Part shown: positions 58,252 to 64,000 of the stretch, in pieces
How positions within the stretch are numbered: the first letter of the stretch is position 1
Layout: the number at the start of each line of letters is the position of its first letter
Assembly (NCBI GenBank): GCA_030704615.1
Contig: CM060731.1
Span: 3,100,001-3,164,000 of the forward strand
Direction of reading: 5' to 3'
DNA from: Takakia lepidozioides
Lineage: Eukaryota > Plantae > Bryophyta
DNA length: 64,000 bases
Notes under the pieces: generated by a model
Seen by the model: only the letters and a program-made list of their open reading frames with translations
The model's database searches: none
Told to the model about the DNA's origin: nothing
Program-made: the position numbers and the translations under genes

Positions 58252-61200
58252 ATGCTTCGTGATCGGCTGCTCTGGGTTGTGGCAAGGGCGTGCTTGCACA
58301 ACACCTCAATTTCTCCCCACCGATCGCCCTGCCCTCACCACAAGTTGCTAGGAGAGGGGCTTATAGGCAGCTATAGCTCACACAGCGCGGGGGCATCGCC
58401 ATCATCGTCGCAGCAGTGGTACCAGGGATGGCTGACCAGGGCTGTGTTGTTTGGAAGGCAGAAAATTAGCGGAAGATCCTGTGTTGTTGCAGTTGTTGCC
58501 ACTGGATTTCTGGGAGCTGGCCTGTATGTCGTGCTTGCGGATGCCGGTACAGATGGAAATTCCAAGGAGGTGGAGGCGCCCCAAAGTACGGCAGATCCGC
58601 CAAAGAAGAGAGTGGTGGTCCTTGGAAGTGGATGGGGAGGAATGAGTTTCGTCAAGAATCTGGACTGTAGAGAGCTGGATGTACGTGTTGTATCACCCCG
58701 GAACTACTTCGTATTCACTCCATTACTCCCTAGTGTGACCTCGGGCACCGTGGGGGCGGCCAGCATCATTGAGCCATTCCGCAAGATCATCGGTAAGAAG
58801 CACGATGTGCAGTTCTACGAGACAGAATGCGTGAAAATTGACGTGGAAAACAAGCAGGTTATCTGCGAGGATGTCACGGAGGTCAAACCGAAGGGGAAAG
58901 AGAAGTTTTCTCTCGAGTATGATTACTTGGTTATCGCTGTCGGGGCCCTGCCGAACACATTTGGCACTCCAGGTGTGGAGAAGTATTGCCGTTTTCTCAA
59001 GGACATCGAAGATGCCCAAAGAATTCACCAGAATGTCGTGGACTGCTTCGAGAGTGCAAGCCTTCCCAATTTATCGGATGACGACAGGTTACCCCTTGCT
59101 TGAGCTGATTGCTCCATGCGTATTTCAGTTTGTTGTATGTGTGCCAGAAACCTGCAGACTTGATGCCTTCAGGCGAACCTGGTTTGGGGGACACAGTTAG
59201 ATTGATAGTCTGTACATGTTGGGAAGGCTTTTAGTGTTGCCGAACATATCAATGCGCTTTATCAGCTAATTTGCTGATTTAGTTCACTTGTGACAAAGAT
59301 GTGATGGATTGTTGCCGAGGGCCTTTAGTCTTTTTGAACCAACTAGGGTCTCTCTCTCTGCAGTGCGACTAGCATTGCAGTCAGAACCAGATTAACAGAA
59401 GGCAGATGACATGTTTTCAAGTACGATCTTATTGCTAGCTTTCACATAAACGCCCAATACCCTGTAATTGGGCGGCAGAGGTCCTTTTCAAACGCCCTTG
59501 AAATGGTTTCTTAGTTTGATATGTTGGTGGGGCAGAGAATATGAAGGCCAGCGCTTCAAGGGTGAGTAATACTATGACCTGCCTTCAAATGGAATAGTCT
59601 CTTTGGGCGCTCTATGTTTCTTTCCACAATCCACCTCTACAATCAGGTCACTGATGTATTTGTTGAATTGCATAATGAAAGGCGCAAGTTGCTGAGCTTC
59701 GTGATAGTAGGTGGAGGCCCCACGGGCGTTGAGGTATCGGCAGAACTGCATGACCTGATCCATGAAGATCTCTTGAAGCTATACCCGCATCTGGATGATA
59801 AAGTCAGCATCATGCTCCTGCAATCAGGTGACCACATCCTCAACACTTTTGATGCACGGATCAGTGAGTACGCAGAGGAAAAGTTTGCAAGAGATGGGGT
59901 ATGTGTAAAGACAGGATGCCGGGTGCTTGAAGTTACGGATGATGAGATCTGCTTCAAGTCTAAATTGACAAAGGATTTCAAGAAAGTGCAATATGGAATG
60001 GTTGTGTGGTCTACAGGTAATGTGCTCAATCAGTGCTTTTCAACAGTTTTCACCTTCAGTCCACTAAGTTGGTCAGTCCAGATCTGAAGTCAACCCAAAC
60101 CACAGTGGAATGGATGCATACATGTTGGGGTAATGGATATGACACATCCTTGTCATCACTGCCAGGGTTGATTCTGATGCTCTTTTGAGGGTCAGTACTT
60201 AGCCATCAAATGGCTTAACAACTCAGTCCTGGCTAGTGAGTGAGCAAAAGTGTGGACTGGTCACAGTTACTGTAGTGATAATTGCAGTTGGTAGTGAAAA
60301 CAATCTTCAGTTAAGGTGTTGTTTAAATATCTGTGGCTGTCAAAGGTTTTGTTCTTGCCATGCGAAACATTTATTCCTACTAAAGCTGTAACTCCAGTTG
60401 AGATAGCATGGGATTGGAGGCTCCATAAATACATAGGCAGGCTTGTGAGAAAGAAGCACCCAAGTCAGAAGAAGGAAGACTCTTGCGAAGCAAGCGTAAC
60501 TTATGGTGTCCCTTCACCCCGAAGGGCTACCTTCTAATGGCCGTTATCGGGGCAACACGGTTACCCAACCTTCCCCCAAGGACTGTAAAGTCCCCAGGTA
60601 CCCACCAATAAGTAGCCGGTTGACCCAGGTACCCCCCTTTTATGGCTGGGTTGGCCATAATGGGTGACATCCAACGTACACCTATGTGGCTTTGAACCCA
60701 CGACCACTGGTAAGGCGGCCTTGTGCCCTAACCACTGGCCATCTGCTGTATGCTGCACCCAAGTCACTCTTTAAATCACAGTCATATCAGTTTTTGTCAT
60801 TGCATCAACTGGAGCGAGGTGCAGGAATTAATCATATCGTCTGTGCTGTGCCAGATACTGAGTTAAAATGTGGGGGAAGCCTTGTCTGTTCAAGTATTGA
60901 TGATGCACGTACTGTTGACAGGCATTGGGACACGCCCAGTGGTGGCAGACTTGATGAAACAAATAGGGCAGGTGGATCGGAGGGTTCTGGCAACGGATGA
61001 GTGGCTACGTGTTAAGAACTGTGATTGTGTTTACGCACTCGGAGACTGTGCCACGATTGAGCACCGGAAAATCATTGAAGACATCAACTACATTTTCAAG
61101 CTAGCCGACAAGGACAGCTCTGGCACCCTGTCTGCAGAGGAGTTTGTAGCAACTATTGAACTTCTGAGGCAGAGGTATCCTCAGATTGATTTATACATGG

Positions 61201-61953
61201 ACCACCAGCACTTGAAAGGTGTAATTGATCTTCTTGATGATGCCATGAAAGCTGGGCGTCAAGGGTCGGTGCAGCTGGACATTGAACATTTAACTCAATC
61301 GCTTTGCAAGGTCCAAGGTCAACCTACAGTCATTTTTTAATGAATTTTTGTTATCTTTTTCTCTGATGTGCTGTACTTCCTCCAAGGTTTGGTCCTCTTC
61401 CCTTCCTGTTTTCTGAGCACAAACAGATTTGGATTCAATGCTTACTTGCGTGACTCTCTTTTGTGCCATCATGGACATAATAATTTTTCCTCTTTCTCTT
61501 GTTGACTGGGTTGTGGCTGCACCCGCAGCATATATATGTTTCTCGATGCTATTTTTCAAACAAACGACTGATGTTATTGCTTTGACATGGCAGGTGGACA
61601 GCCAGATGAAATCAACACCAGCTACTGCCCAGGTGGCGGCTCAGCAAGGTGAATACTTAGCTAAGTGCTTCAATAACCTAGAATGTCAGCCTAAGGGACC
61701 GCTGCGTGTCAGAGGAGAAGGCCGTCACCAATTTCCACCTTTCAAATATCGGCATTTCGGCCAGTTTGCTCCATTAGGAGGCGAGAAGGCTGCTGCTGAG
61801 CTTCCTGGAGACTGGGTCTCAATTGGTCGCAGCACACAGTGGCTGTGGTACTCGGTGTATGCCAGCAAGCAGATGAGCTGGCGCACACGGGCGATGGTGA
61901 TGTTTGACTGGACCAAGCATTTTGTTTTTGGGCGGGATGTGTCGCGGATTTGA
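58252..61953 (+). CDS. NDB: External alternative (type II) NAD(P)H dehydrogenase, NDB-type with EF-hand, 4 exons
   Basis: Exons 58252-59087, 59682-60016, 60922-61310, 61594-61953. VVVLGSGWGG, SPRNYFVFTPLLPSVT, VIVGGGPTGVE, YALGDCAT, EF-hand DKDSSGTLSAEE, PATAQVAAQQG, WLWYSVYASKQ. Start codon inferred. Confidence 0.95.
60440..60752 (-). mobile_element. tRNA-derived SINE (family B) in NDB intron 2
   Basis: Minus-strand head cagaTGGCCAGTGGttagggc...gtcgtgGGTTCAAAGCC has A and B boxes at tRNA-like spacing, followed by a GC-richer body. 3' end approximate. Confidence 0.6.
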
Positions 61954-64000
61954 GATGACTAGGTAGGTGGTTGAGTGCTCTTCCCAAATTTTCTTTCTCT
62001 TTTAGCAAAAGGTAAATACATTTGTATGCATTTGACGTCTAGGACCTCCAGATTCCGATAGTGGAGATTTTTATTTAGCTGGTCACTATTTGAATTCTCA
62101 TTGTAAATCCTGACCCACATCATGTCAAGAACCACTCTAGTCCATAAGCAATCCACAAATTCGGCGGCCAAGTTGACATCTATCTCAGTCTTCTCAAGCC
62201 TGTGATCAGGTACACTAGTTTGTCATAGCACCCTGCTTGAAAGTCTGAGTTAGACATTGCCTAGATGCTTTGTTCCTAAGCACACATAGAGGTGACTAGG
62301 GGACATCCTCCTGTAGTCGGTGTGCCTAGTCCCTTTGTCTCATGCTCAATTGCACAAAGGAGTACGGTGACTTGAGACATACAGTGTGCTTTAAGTGCAT
62401 GGAGCAAGCAGAGGTATCTTGCAGCCTTTCATCAAAAACACGTCCTTTGCTTTGAGTAAAGTTTTACTGATGGAATCATCTATGGGTGCATAACAGGTTG
62501 TTTACTCAATAGATTAGCAGATAGGTATCATTTTATTTTTATTTTTTGAACATTTTATTAAGGAGGGAAAAAATGACGCCATGGAGGCAAATCCACACCC
62601 GAAGGCGACAAACATGGAGGGACAGGCAATACAGTGCCACTGTAGATGATTTATGGAGGGTTGATTTAATGGGCAAATAGTATGCATAGGCGTACCAACC
62701 CATGTCTTCATCCCACTTGTTCCCTAAATATTCTCGAATAGTTTCTTAGATCCCTTAAAATTATGCTTGGATGCTTTCATCTTTGATTTATTGGGCATTT
62801 GGTACACGAAGGAATGCCATATGACCACGTCCCTCAATAAATCAACCTACGTGTACACCAACTTTAGTGGCGCCTACCTTGTTGGCAACTACCTTGTTGG
62901 CGCCACCAACCCCTGGCTTCACCTTGGCATCTTCTTGTTGTTCATTTCTTGTTTGAGTCCCAAGTTTATTTTTTGCTTGTTCCTAAAAGGATTGTCTCCA
63001 AGTTCTAGGTTACCCTTTTTCAAAGAAGACTTCACCCCCTTCAATTTTTACAAGGATATTTGCTCTTTCTCCCATATGGGTGTTAGGGTGGTCTCTCATT
63101 CTTTCGTGGTGTCCTCCCCTCTCTGGAAGACTGATTTTTGTTGACCCCACAAGGTGGTCGTCAGCTGACAGGTGAAAATGAGGTTTGCAACTCCCTCTTG
63201 TGTCTAATACATGTTTTTCGGTTCATGTTGGAGGTGTTTGCTGTCTGTTTTTCATTTTTTCCCGTTAAGCCTTCAATGCCTCAAAACCTCCCAGGCACAT
63301 ATGCTTAGTGATGTCAGTGGTGTCCTGAAGTACAGGGGTGAGGGTTGTGTGTTGTAGTGATTGCAAGAATGTATGTTACTTCAGGATGAGTAGTGCAGGA
63401 AAAGAAGATTAGAGTGGCAGATTGCGACAGTGAAACCTCGAGCTTGAGATATGCAAAGGCCTGTGAGATATGGGCATTTCACGCCTACATACTTCAAGGA
63501 GTTTTGGGTCAGCCTTTAACCTCCACAATTAGGAGTATTTGAAGTTCTGGATATGCATGTAGGGAAGTACCATGATGCCCATATGTACTAAAGCTGCCAT
63601 GCTTTCACTAGTATGAGTTTGTCATTTTCCAGGCTCGTGGAAAGCGACATAAGGGCTCCAAAGAACCCTACCATTCCTGGAGCCCCAAAGTCTCCTGGGG
63701 GGCAAGGCTGGTTATATGGGACTGGCGGGCAGATGTACCCTTCATCTTCATCGACCTTCCACCAGCCATCAGGAGGAAATTACAACCAACAACCTCAATA
63801 CAGTCAGAATTCCCAAAAACCCCTTCCTAATTTCCAGCAATGTGGAGGTCACATAGATCTGATGATCGCAGTTTGGCAAACAGAAAACGAGTACAAACCG
63901 AAAATCCCCAAACCTGGGTCTACAAACTGGGAGAGTTTTGCAAGATATGTGCATATTTGATTGATGGAAGTTGGTGCAAGCTGCAAACCAACAATTAGGC

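Noticed and set aside
63613-63960. Possible Myb/SANT (trihelix or Harbinger ORF1) fragment DLMIAVW...NWESFAR
   Set aside because: First conserved Trp absent, stop mid-domain and truncated by the window edge; too weak to call.

Overview
Eukaryotic nuclear DNA from a land plant, probably a non-seed lineage such as a bryophyte, lycophyte or fern (inferred from gene and transposon content only). Bases 1 to ~10,000 are a transposon nest. It holds a decayed minus-strand Ty3/gypsy element with domain order Gag - aspartic protease - C5 cytosine DNA methyltransferase (DNMT3-like, unpermuted motif order) - reverse transcriptase, a 10-mer tandem array upstream of gag, a CACTA-type end, and a plus-strand gypsy 3' fragment whose integrase ends in a PHD finger. 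The rest is gene-rich. Genes found: Alba/Rpp25-like, ATI1/2-like, beta-ureidopropionase (PYD3), phospholipase D alpha, a PPR-DYW pseudogene, tRNA-Ala(UGC), a BTB/POZ gene, a triplicated RabA pseudo-exon, TMEM50, RabA4, DUF538, an open PLS-PPR-E-DYW reading frame and an NDB-type NAD(P)H dehydrogenase. SINEs, LINE ends and a fold-back MITE are interspersed. Two systems stand out: (1) the methyltransferase-carrying LTR retrotransposon, possibly from the same family as the PHD-integrase fragment; (2) an OSB-type 'PDF' ssDNA-binding motif that splices in frame onto the PPR-DYW deaminase. All exon boundaries were read by eye and no database searches were run.
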